DNA of 59,049 nt, counting the filler. It is 4 parts of 4 records of this genome, joined end to end, with 100 filler letters (N's around TTAATTAATTAA, not from the genome) between each part and the next. Parts side by side here need not be neighbours in the genome. Positions count along the whole stretch, not along the records: positions 48,685 to 59,049 come from DRR723986_30353; 3 more parts are not named here. One strand, 5' to 3'. Shown here in pieces: positions 51,221-59,049 of this stretch (the stretch's first letter is position 1; each line of letters begins with the position of its first letter). Under the pieces are notes generated by a model, which was not told the origin of the DNA, ran no database searches, and was given only the letters and a program-made list of their open reading frames with translations. The position numbers were made by a program, and so were the translations under genes.

Positions 51221-52483
51221 TCATTTCTGGCCTGGAGTGAGGCGTGCCTTGATCGCAGTATCTTCACTGCGGAGCTGTTCAACATTTTTTTGTAGCTCAA
51301 TAACGTAGAGTGTTAACTCTTCGATTTTCTGCATGTGGATGGCGCTCATCTGCCCGAGTTCAAGGCCGTTCTCCACGACTTGTTTTTCGGAAGGCACACC
51401 AGGCAGGTGGCCATGCTGCTGGATGTGTGCCTCAACGTCTTTGAGTTCGGGCAATTCGTAATCATCGTCAAAAACAAAATCACACCAGCCGCTCAGTGTC
51501 ACCTGGACTTCACGTGTGACTGTGCGGCCGTCGTAGGTGACATAAAATGGATAGTTGCCACACTGCGTATCGATATTGGCGGTAGCACCGGGTGCATTTT
51601 TACTGCGTATGAAGTACCAGCCTGTGCTTGTCATGCCAATACCCATGTGATCACCATTGGAATTGGTCTCGGTTGTAATCCAGGCGGAGCTCATCGGCGA
51701 CTTAATGGTTACGTCCCAGTTGGAGGCGGTCCACTTTTCGGCACCGCTGTTAATCTGGAAAGAACCTTCGTTGGAAAAGATAAACTGTGGGTCGTAGCTT
51801 AAGTCCGTGACTTCACTGGCGGTGTTACTGTTAATAGTTTGCAGTTCAACATTGCCGTCAAAGTCGGTAGCAAAAATGGCGCCACCCTCGTTGCCCGGCA
51901 GTTTTGTTACTGTTGCCGCAACATTCGATGGCTGGGCCAGGTAAGCGTTAAAGCCCATATATGCGCCCCAGATTCCATCGTTGTTTCCGGCAGTAGCGCT
52001 GAAGGTAATCGGGCGCGTTTCACCAATCTGAAAGTTAGTGCGTGCATTTTCGGTCCACAAACCCGCGCGCAGCCCTGCAAGAGTCGGGGTTCCGGCACTT
52101 TGGCGCAGATTAAGGGCAGTGGTTGGACTTCCCTGCGGATCCTCTTTTGTAATGCGAAATCCATTGGTCGACTCGGCATAGAGATCCCAAATGTTGTTCG
52201 TACCGGATACCGCTTCTTTTTCGAGGCGTATACCGGGCGTAAAGTCACCTATCTGCGCACCACCGGGAATTGATCCAAAGGGCGAATAGATGTGAATATC
52301 ACGCAAGGCAAAATCGTTGTTTTGGCCAATCGACACCCTGTCCAGTGTCCAGGTAGAAATGCCGCTATTGCCCCACTCGTAGGCTTGGGAATGCAGCGAT
52401 GATGTAGCCAGAAAACTCGTGCAAAATGTTAATACGGCAAGGTAAGAAACAAAGCGGGTAGTGTTAACACCAGAGTTAAACAT
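51221..52483 (-). CDS. Secreted tail-fibre-like protein with Bacteroidota C-terminal chaperone-like/coiled-coil domain
   Basis: Signal ending LHSQ; C-terminal DFVFDDDYEL..VEAHI...GHLPGVPSEKQV...G.ELGQM....QKIEELTLYVIEL. GGAG upstream of ATG 52483. Confidence 0.8.
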   Translation of the reverse strand: MFNSGVNTTRFVSYLAVLTFCTSFLATSSLHSQAYEWGNSGISTWTLDRVSIGQNNDFALRDIHIYSPFGSIPGGAQIGDFTPGIRLEKEAVSGTNNIWDLYAESTNGFRITKEDPQGSPTTALNLRQSAGTPTLAGLRAGLWTENARTNFQIGETRPITFSATAGNNDGIWGAYMGFNAYLAQPSNVAATVTKLPGNEGGAIFATDFDGNVELQTINSNTASEVTDLSYDPQFIFSNEGSFQINSGAEKWTASNWDVTIKSPMSSAWITTETNSNGDHMGIGMTSTGWYFIRSKNAPGATANIDTQCGNYPFYVTYDGRTVTREVQVTLSGWCDFVFDDDYELPELKDVEAHIQQHGHLPGVPSEKQVVENGLELGQMSAIHMQKIEELTLYVIELQKNVEQLRSEDTAIKARLTPGQK

Positions 52484-52635
52484 AAGTTCTCCAGAAAAAA
52501 GCAGAATTGGTAAATTAGACATGATGCTCCCCGGCCTGGCATGCTGGTGTGAATTCCAGCGCACAAAGCTTCGTGAGCACAGAGTTGGCTGTTAATGTTT
52601 GCAGGCGCACTGTCATTGGTGACTTATGCGCTTTG

Positions 52636-52643
52636 CAAAGTTA
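52636..52643 (-). promoter_or_regulatory. Bacteroidota-type -7 promoter element (TAACTTTG)
   Basis: Matches TAnnTTTG about 150 nt upstream of the 52483 start; no clear -33 element. Confidence 0.35.
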
Positions 52644-53051
52644 CAACTGAGCGTTTAAGGTTGGTACAGGGGTGTGGTGTCCATTTGTTGTTAAATGGAC
52701 TGCAGGAAAACATTAGACATACGACTACCAGTTCAGGTGAGAGACACCTGAACAGGATAGAAACAAGGGTTATTTAATAATGATGGCTGAGAACCAGGCT
52801 ATCGACGAGCTTTAAGATTTTACAACTGACGTGCACAGGATGTCAGTTACTGCCGATGTAATGGATGGACGTTGGGGACTTGAGAGTTTCCGGTTGGCTG
52901 TTGGAATAAGCTAACAACAATTGGTATACAGTCCAAATATTATTTTTGTTCGACTGAATATTACAGTTATGGCGGCTTGCGGTTTCGGAATTTTCCAACA
53001 GGTGAAAATCCAGGATATGCGTATTGCTCTCCTTTGTGGGCGAATGATCTG

Positions 53052-53093
53052 GGTTGAGTGCTTGGTTGAGTGCTTGGTTGAGTGCTTGGTTGA
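53052..53093. repeat. 12-bp tandem repeat (GGTTGAGTGCTT)x3.5
   Basis: Three exact units plus GGTTGA. Confidence 0.9.
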
Positions 53094-53527
53094 ATGGTTT
53101 GGATATAAACTTTTGTTAAGGACATGTGTGCTATTGGCATACTACTATGAAATGCCGGCAAAGGCCATTTTGTTTGTAACTGTATCGGCAGCTGCCAGTT
53201 GTTAAGTTGAGTTGAAAACCGGGCAGTAAACTGGCTGGAGTCAGGCCACAGACTTTCAGCCTGGGATTGAACAGATTAAGACTGAAGACTCGGCGCCGGC
53301 AGCCGGCGCGTCATGCGGCTGGAGACTCAGAGACAAAAAGGCTGGCGGCTGGAGTGTTTGGGGCTTGAGTCTCAATGACAAACAAGACCTCAATAAGCCA
53401 GCCACAAGCATACGAACGCAGTGAGTAACGCAGGGGCGCAAGCGCTGCAAGCCCCCATTTTAATCCAACCAGATGTGTGGTCCATGCAGTCATATTCGGG
53501 TCCGATTCCGTCCAATTTTGGCTGCAC

Positions 53528-53557
53528 TTGCAATTCTGGATGTTTTGTGTAAGTTTG
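53528..53557 (+). promoter_or_regulatory. Bacteroidota-type promoter TTG-N19-TAAGTTTG
   Basis: Fits the -33 TTG / -7 TAnnTTTG consensus; oriented towards the 54074-58979 cluster. Confidence 0.5.
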
Positions 53558-53728
53558 TGTCGTGCACCTGTTTGAACTGACCAGAGATCCTTATTTCGCG
53601 GATTCTCTGCGCCAATCAGTTATCGTCAAAGTGCGGATGTTGGGTTAACATCCGCTAGTATTCGCAACCGTGGCCGAAACTGTGGAATGAGCGCCTATGT
53701 GGGTCAAGTTTTGTGGGAGATCTTTGTT

Positions 53729-53791
53729 GGACCAACCCTTCTGGATCAACCTTTCTGGACCAATCCTTCTGGAACAACCCTTCTTGACCAA
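53729..53791. repeat. 14-bp degenerate tandem repeat (GGACCAACCCTTCT)x4.5
   Basis: Units at 53729, 53743, 53757, 53771 and partial at 53785. Confidence 0.88.
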
Positions 53792-53884
53792 TATGTAGGC
53801 TACCGGGATTTACCGCGCAATTCGCATGTTACTGCAGTGGCACTGCTGTTCTGCGTTTGTGCAACTGCCAAAGTCCCACATAAT

Positions 53885-53912
53885 CCATAGATTTGCAACC
53901 ATAGATTTCCAA
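53885..53912. repeat. 14-bp direct repeat CCATAGATTT(G/C)CAA x2
   Basis: Units at 53885 and 53899. Confidence 0.7.
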
Positions 53913-54073
53913 TTGAATATTAACTGATTGCCTGCTCGTTAACCGTCGTGGTTTCCGTCCATGACGTATTAATCTGCCATTAACATGTAAATCTGCCCGG
54001 CCAGCGGGTGGATGGTTAGCGTATTATACAATCCATCAGTTTTCACTCTTACATCATCATTAAACATACTACT

Positions 54074-55525
54074 ATGAAATTGAAACGACATGTTATGGTC
54101 GCAATTCGTGGCCACAATTCTGATCAATTTTTGGACCGGAACGATCCGCGTATATCGGGTCGAATCGGCAAACGCCTGCTCGGGCAAATCTTAGGCCTAC
54201 TCCTGGCCGGTTTGTTTAGCCTGGCCTGCACGGCCGATAGCGGTGGAGATAAACCTGCTCCAGGCGCAGAAGCTCCTGCGGAGGCAGACGTAAATGTTGT
54301 AGAGCAAGATTCGGGACTAAACGGTGTGGATGGCGACTGCGTGGCTCCGATGGAGTGGTTTAGCGGCCCGGTTCCAGAGCCAGATCCGGCCGGATTTCCG
54401 CAGGAGAGCGCAACAAATTGTGACTTTCACTTGATTTCCTGGCAGTACTTCCTGTGGTTAACAGAAGAAGTCGATGGAAAGTTGCGCTTTGAAACCATGT
54501 ACACGGATCGTGCGATTTATCCGGCGACGAAGGAAGACAGATACCACAAACTTGACATTGTAGAACAGGCGCTATCAAAAGGCATTCTGGTTGATCAGAG
54601 CGGACGTGCCGTTTACAGCAATATCATCATTAACAAAACATACCGCGACTGGGTGCTTGCAAATCAACTCTACAGTCAGGAGGGCATGCTTAACCTAGGT
54701 GTAGACAGCGACTTCCCCGTCGGTTCGATGTCGCTCAAAGCGGCATGGAAAATTGTGCAGCCGGGCGAAGACGTCTCCAAGCTGTACACTACCGAGGCGG
54801 ACATTGAACTGTTAACCATGGTTAACGGTGAGCCGCGTATTCCGGCTGAGAATGCACAGATGCAGAAAGGTGTTAAAGTAGCACTGACCGGCCTGCACAT
54901 CGCCGTAGTTGTGGAAGGGCATCCAGAGTTTATCTGGGCAACATTTGAGTTTGACGATAATGCGCCCGACTTTGCTGCCGAGCAAGGTATGAACGATCCG
55001 GTTTCGGACCGCGACTGGCTGTTCTATGCGGCCAATACAACCGCGCTAAATACAAATGCCAACAATGCCGCAACCCTTGCATTTGTGGACGAGCAGGCAC
55101 AAACCCTGACGCCCGTAACACAGGTGGCACGCCAGTATGTTAACGGCGGTGGCGATGACACGAACCAAGGCAATATTGGGCACCTGAACACAAATGTTAA
55201 GACGCAGCTGGGGCCAAATTCGATCTGGTCGAATTACTTTGAGGTCGGCGCTATCTGGTTTAATGTGCTTAACGGCCTGGAACCCAAATGGACACCAAAT
55301 GTAGACAACAGCATGGTGACGGGCTCGCTACTTCTCTCGAATTCTGTGATCGAGACGTTTACGCAGAAAGTCGCTTCACAAAACAACTGTTTTAGTTGTC
55401 ACAATACCATGCCGCTGACGAGTGTGCCGCCGGGGACGCCGGTTTTACCAGGCAAAAATGCAAACACCAGCCATATTCTGCTGAAAGCATATCAGAACGG
55501 CGGCCAGATAATGCGCGGCAAGTAG
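54074..55525 (+). CDS. Putative monoheme c-type cytochrome lipoprotein
   Basis: Lipobox LFSLAC; single CxxCH (CFSCH) near the C-terminus; blocks WQYFLWL, LKAAWK, GLHIA..HPEFIWATFE...NAP, LSNSVIETF. Start uncertain. Confidence 0.75.
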   Translation: MKLKRHVMVAIRGHNSDQFLDRNDPRISGRIGKRLLGQILGLLLAGLFSLACTADSGGDKPAPGAEAPAEADVNVVEQDSGLNGVDGDCVAPMEWFSGPVPEPDPAGFPQESATNCDFHLISWQYFLWLTEEVDGKLRFETMYTDRAIYPATKEDRYHKLDIVEQALSKGILVDQSGRAVYSNIIINKTYRDWVLANQLYSQEGMLNLGVDSDFPVGSMSLKAAWKIVQPGEDVSKLYTTEADIELLTMVNGEPRIPAENAQMQKGVKVALTGLHIAVVVEGHPEFIWATFEFDDNAPDFAAEQGMNDPVSDRDWLFYAANTTALNTNANNAATLAFVDEQAQTLTPVTQVARQYVNGGGDDTNQGNIGHLNTNVKTQLGPNSIWSNYFEVGAIWFNVLNGLEPKWTPNVDNSMVTGSLLLSNSVIETFTQKVASQNNCFSCHNTMPLTSVPPGTPVLPGKNANTSHILLKAYQNGGQIMRGK

Positions 55526-55620
55526 GCACCTGATTTATGACGCTGATTATTGCGCTCGACCCAAATCACTTAAACAGATAATCTACGATCAACAATTCAT
55601 ACGATCAATACAAGTATACC

Positions 55621-57840
55621 ATGGCAAATACAAGTTTACGCATACATCCCGCGATTGGCATGGCCAGAGTTGGGAACAGCACTGAATATTACCTTGGCCC
55701 TGAAACAATGGCGGCATTCCCGCAGCCGGGGAAAAAAGTCACTGGTGGCCTGCCGATTAAACCGGGCACCGAGGATACGAACATTACGAGCGACGATCTG
55801 CGCGATTCGCAGGGACGCCTTAAACGCCAGGCGGCACGATTTAAGATTTATCAATATCCGAATGAGGGTTCGCAGTTAACATATCCGACACCTGGTGGTG
55901 AGGAAGTTGTGATCGGCTCAATGGTAGACGGCAAAAAGGTGGTAGACATCATCTGGACGGCGCACCTGGCCAATAAAAAGGCCGCCTGCTGGGAAATCGA
56001 TGAAAATGCGAATATGGGCCTGGCGCTCTACGAAGAACACTGTGTAGTTGTTAACGGCAAACAAATGACGGTGGACACTCCCCCGCTCCGCAATCCTGAG
56101 TTCGGCCCAAATGGCTCCAGCGATCCCTATGCCGTCAAAGCCGACGACCCTAACCGACTGGCCAAGCTGATTATCGACGCCGGTCCACGTGCTATCCGCG
56201 CCTCCGCGGGCAATACGCCGATTAACTTTGACGCACAGACCAAAGCTTCCTATTACGACCAGAGCGCACAGACAATTGTTGAGAGCCTCAACTATCCGAT
56301 TCAGTTTCCGGCTTCGAGCGGCACTGGCAATGGTGAGAGTGACCCGATCGACTATTTGGGAGAAATGTTAACAGAGCCTAACGGTCGCCTGCTGGTGCTT
56401 GGCGGCCACGGCCTGGCCTGTGGTTTTGATAATGACGGCAACTTTAGCAGCGATCAGAAGCTGTGCATGGATGTTGACAACAACAATTGGCTGGACGACA
56501 CTTCGGATGGTCCGATTACGGCGGTACTGGTGTTTGACGATAAGTCGCAGATGGCGGTTGAAGGCAGTGCCTGGGCGGTGATAACGGATCCGGCATATGC
56601 GCCGCAGACTCTGAATGCCGTCTCGCTGTGGGACGATGTTTACAACACCTGGCTGGAGAATTTTAACCTGCAGCCGGAAATATACAGTAATGGCCAGTAC
56701 CAGGATGACTACAAGCCGTATTTCCACGATGACGTCTTCCCGACCTTAAATGCGGCGCACATGCAGCGCTGGAATGCCAACCTACCGGAACAGGCCGTCA
56801 AGGGCCACCAACGCATGCTTGGATTTACGGAGAAGAAACCGAATTTTGACATTATGTCATTTATTCGCAATCCGGACGGCTCACAGGACGAAAAAGGCGC
56901 GCCGCTCATGCCGCTCTCACTGGGCGATTCAAATCAGTCCTTTTTAACTGTTTCGCGGCAGCAATATCAGTTTATGAAACTGTGGAGCCTGGGACAGTCC
57001 GAGGGCGCAACACGGACGGTGTTGGGGCCGGGCGAGCAGCTGGATAAAACAATATTGGTTAACTGTCTGGGCGGGCGTTTCAGTCCGGGTATCGACTTAA
57101 CATTCATTGTGCGCGATACACATTTTTACAATGCCGACTGGCAGAACCCTGCGATTGGTCCTTTCCGTGTTAATGCGGAGGTTTTGAACTATGCAACGAT
57201 AGAGCCGGGAGTTCCGTTCCTGGGCGTAGGTTATCAGCCGCTGCAGCCATATCCGGTGCAACCCGGGGATCTGTGTAAGTTCATGGCCATTCCGTGGCAC
57301 ACGGACTACAATTCCTGTGCAACACACACGCCGGCGCCCAACCCCGGCGGACCTATAACGTCCAAGAATGTTTATAGCGGCACGGTTAACACTACCTTGT
57401 TTTGGTCCTGGCCGGCGCAGCGCCCCGTGGCAGTTTACACCTACGAAGACCTGGTTGCTAATGCCGGAAAACTGGACCAGACAATCCAGCGCTTTTCGGT
57501 ACGTGGTGAAGGCACGGCGGCGGTGCCCGGTATGGACAATCCCGAATGCGCGGACATGCCGCCACCGGCAACACGCCTCTGCGACAAGCCGGAAACACCG
57601 GATGATGATTTTGATCCCGCAGCTGAGAACGTGGGCCGTTACCAAAACAGGATGAATATCCTGAAGAACTGGCAGCGCATCGGCACGATTATGCAAGGTG
57701 CGGCGATTGACGGATATCCGGCTGGATACGACCCAGAGTATTATCTTGAGGTCGAGAGCCTGTTTGACAAAGACGAAAGTAATCTCGTTGAGTTCTGGCC
57801 AAATACGGTCACCGATCCAGTATATCCGCCTAAAGACTGA
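55621..57840 (+). CDS. lodA: LodA/GoxA family CTQ-dependent amino acid oxidase
   Basis: IHPAIGMARVGNS, LKRQAARF, WTAHLANKKA, LIIDAGPR, GRLLVLGG.G, WLDDTSDGP, PGDLCKFMAIPWHTDYNSC (Asp and CTQ Cys), WPAQRP (CTQ Trp). Confidence 0.95.
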   Translation: MANTSLRIHPAIGMARVGNSTEYYLGPETMAAFPQPGKKVTGGLPIKPGTEDTNITSDDLRDSQGRLKRQAARFKIYQYPNEGSQLTYPTPGGEEVVIGSMVDGKKVVDIIWTAHLANKKAACWEIDENANMGLALYEEHCVVVNGKQMTVDTPPLRNPEFGPNGSSDPYAVKADDPNRLAKLIIDAGPRAIRASAGNTPINFDAQTKASYYDQSAQTIVESLNYPIQFPASSGTGNGESDPIDYLGEMLTEPNGRLLVLGGHGLACGFDNDGNFSSDQKLCMDVDNNNWLDDTSDGPITAVLVFDDKSQMAVEGSAWAVITDPAYAPQTLNAVSLWDDVYNTWLENFNLQPEIYSNGQYQDDYKPYFHDDVFPTLNAAHMQRWNANLPEQAVKGHQRMLGFTEKKPNFDIMSFIRNPDGSQDEKGAPLMPLSLGDSNQSFLTVSRQQYQFMKLWSLGQSEGATRTVLGPGEQLDKTILVNCLGGRFSPGIDLTFIVRDTHFYNADWQNPAIGPFRVNAEVLNYATIEPGVPFLGVGYQPLQPYPVQPGDLCKFMAIPWHTDYNSCATHTPAPNPGGPITSKNVYSGTVNTTLFWSWPAQRPVAVYTYEDLVANAGKLDQTIQRFSVRGEGTAAVPGMDNPECADMPPPATRLCDKPETPDDDFDPAAENVGRYQNRMNILKNWQRIGTIMQGAAIDGYPAGYDPEYYLEVESLFDKDESNLVEFWPNTVTDPVYPPKD

Positions 57841-57872
57841 GTTCAGTCACACATTGTTAACACAAGCAATTG

Positions 57873-58979
57873 ATGGCACAAAATAGACCAACAGTCGCAA
57901 TCATTGGCGCAGGACCCGCAGGGTGTTCCTGCGCCATTGTTTTATTACAATCCGGCAGCTGCAATGTTAAGCTGATCAGCGCGCCCCAAAAGGACCGCTT
58001 TCAGATTGGCGAGAGCATACCGCCCGATATGAATCCGCTCCTGCGCGAGCTGGACGTTTACACCGATTTCATCAAGCAGGAACATGCGGCATGTTATGGC
58101 AGCTGTTCGTACTGGGGCAGCGATCTGCGCGGATATAACGATACAATCCTGAGTCCGCACGGCCATGGCTGGCATCTGGACCGCCAGAAGTTTAACAGTT
58201 TACTGTTTAGGGCGGCCCAAACGCAGGGTGCCGAGGTGATCAGCGAAAGTGTGTACCGACGTTCGTATGCGAGCGACGGCAGGCAGGTTCTGGAGTTAAA
58301 ACATAAAACTACAGGTTCAATGCAGGTAGATGCCGATTTTGTGGTAGATGCCACGGGCACACGCTCAGTCTATGCGAAGTCACAGGGCTGTGTACAGGTT
58401 GAGGATACTGCTTTGATTTGTCTAGGGTTACGTTTTGGCGGAAAGATGGCAGCTTCACTGGCAACTTTAACACATTTGGAGTCGGCGGAACATGGCTGGT
58501 GGTATGGCGCACGCCTGCCCGGCAATCAGGTGTTGGTTACTTTGTACACAAATGCTGCGACTGTTAAACATCTGGGGCTGCAGTCGCTCAGAAACTGGAT
58601 TAGTTTGTTGCAGTCCAGCGCGCAGACGCGAGACTGGATTCGGCATTTAGAGCCTGTGGATCAGAGACTTCTGGCATTCCCGGCAGCATCTTTTTGCCTG
58701 GATCGAATTTACGGCGAACATTTTTTGGCGCTTGGTGATGCGGCATCAAGCTACGATCCGATAACTGCGAATGGAATTATTAAGGCGATTACGCATGGTA
58801 TGCGTGGTGGCCGCAGTATAGTTGCTCATCTGCGGGGGGCGCAGGACGCGCTGCCACTGTTTGATGAAGAGGTCAGGGGGCAGCACGAGCAGTACCGCGC
58901 GATGCGGCATCAGTTTTATGCGATGGAGCAGCGCTGGCCTGCGAGTTTATTTTGGGAAGAGATGCATTCTATGGCTTGA
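57873..58979 (+). CDS. lodB: LodB/GoxB-like FAD-dependent CTQ maturation flavoprotein
   Basis: IIGAGPAG, IGESIPP, GWHLDR..F, VVDATG, GWWYGA.LP, LGDAASSYDPI..GI, EQRWP...FW; directly downstream of lodA. Confidence 0.92.
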   Translation: MAQNRPTVAIIGAGPAGCSCAIVLLQSGSCNVKLISAPQKDRFQIGESIPPDMNPLLRELDVYTDFIKQEHAACYGSCSYWGSDLRGYNDTILSPHGHGWHLDRQKFNSLLFRAAQTQGAEVISESVYRRSYASDGRQVLELKHKTTGSMQVDADFVVDATGTRSVYAKSQGCVQVEDTALICLGLRFGGKMAASLATLTHLESAEHGWWYGARLPGNQVLVTLYTNAATVKHLGLQSLRNWISLLQSSAQTRDWIRHLEPVDQRLLAFPAASFCLDRIYGEHFLALGDAASSYDPITANGIIKAITHGMRGGRSIVAHLRGAQDALPLFDEEVRGQHEQYRAMRHQFYAMEQRWPASLFWEEMHSMA

Positions 58980-59019
58980 GTATGGATGGAGGCGGCTGGG
59001 TCTTTGGGTTGGGGTTGTA

Positions 59020-59049
59020 AAGTCTGGTAGCTGTGAAGTCTGGTAGCTG
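59020..59049. repeat. 16-bp tandem repeat (AAGTCTGGTAGCTGTG) at the window end
   Basis: One full unit plus 14 nt of a second. Confidence 0.7.

Noticed and set aside
51221-52483. Prophage remnant
   Set aside because: The protein has a signal peptide and no other phage genes are nearby.
53560-53700. Cyclic-di-GMP-I or lysine riboswitch
   Set aside because: Hairpins are present, but I could not match the conserved nucleotides of either family; kept only as an unassigned structured leader.
53052-53791. Tandem repeats as a CRISPR array
   Set aside because: Units are 12-14 bp, head-to-tail, with no unique spacers and no cas genes.
52921-53890. Small ORFs such as VECLVECLVECL, TQPSTQPSTQP and the 67-aa ORF at 53687
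   Set aside because: Their periodicity comes from DNA tandem repeats; the 14-bp unit is not a multiple of three, and there is no coding support.

Overview
The window joins four contigs with 100-nt artificial spacers (N44-TTAATTAATTAA-N44) at 29296-29395, 37397-37496 and 48585-48684, so gene neighbourhoods do not extend across them. Segment 1 (1-29295) is AT-rich Bacteroidota-type DNA, Cyclobacteriaceae/Algoriphagus-like by gene content (inference). It opens with a decaying accessory patch: a small HTH protein, an AraC regulator, a LOV-like PAS protein, DUF3892, and pseudogenes of an LLM oxidoreductase and an SRAP peptidase. A TPR-LytS/LytTR two-component pair follows, ahead of a 13-gene same-strand envelope cluster (lipoproteins, a cytoplasmic trypsin-zinc-ribbon-YbjN protein and a second YbjN-like protein, LemA, DUF1266, DUF3137). 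The segment ends with a PAS/GAF histidine kinase and a PorP/PorE-like T9SS pair. Segments 2-4 are more GC-rich and share intergenic motifs, so they are probably from one other FCB-group organism. Segment 2 is a partial >2480-aa FG-GAP/Ig surface protein. Segment 3 is housekeeping DNA: metallophosphoesterase, kbl, 7TM-HD, xerD, namZ, ECF sigma, anti-sigma and TlpA. Segment 4 holds a T9SS lysyl-endopeptidase-like protease, a tail-fibre/chaperone-like protein, a 1.6-kb repeat- and hairpin-rich spacer, and a monoheme c lipoprotein - lodA-like - lodB-like cluster. The best candidates for under-described systems are (i) the heme-c lipoprotein plus variant LodA/LodB cluster and (ii) the LytTR-linked cluster with the paired YbjN-fold protease module. 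All family assignments come from motif recognition by eye; no searches were run.
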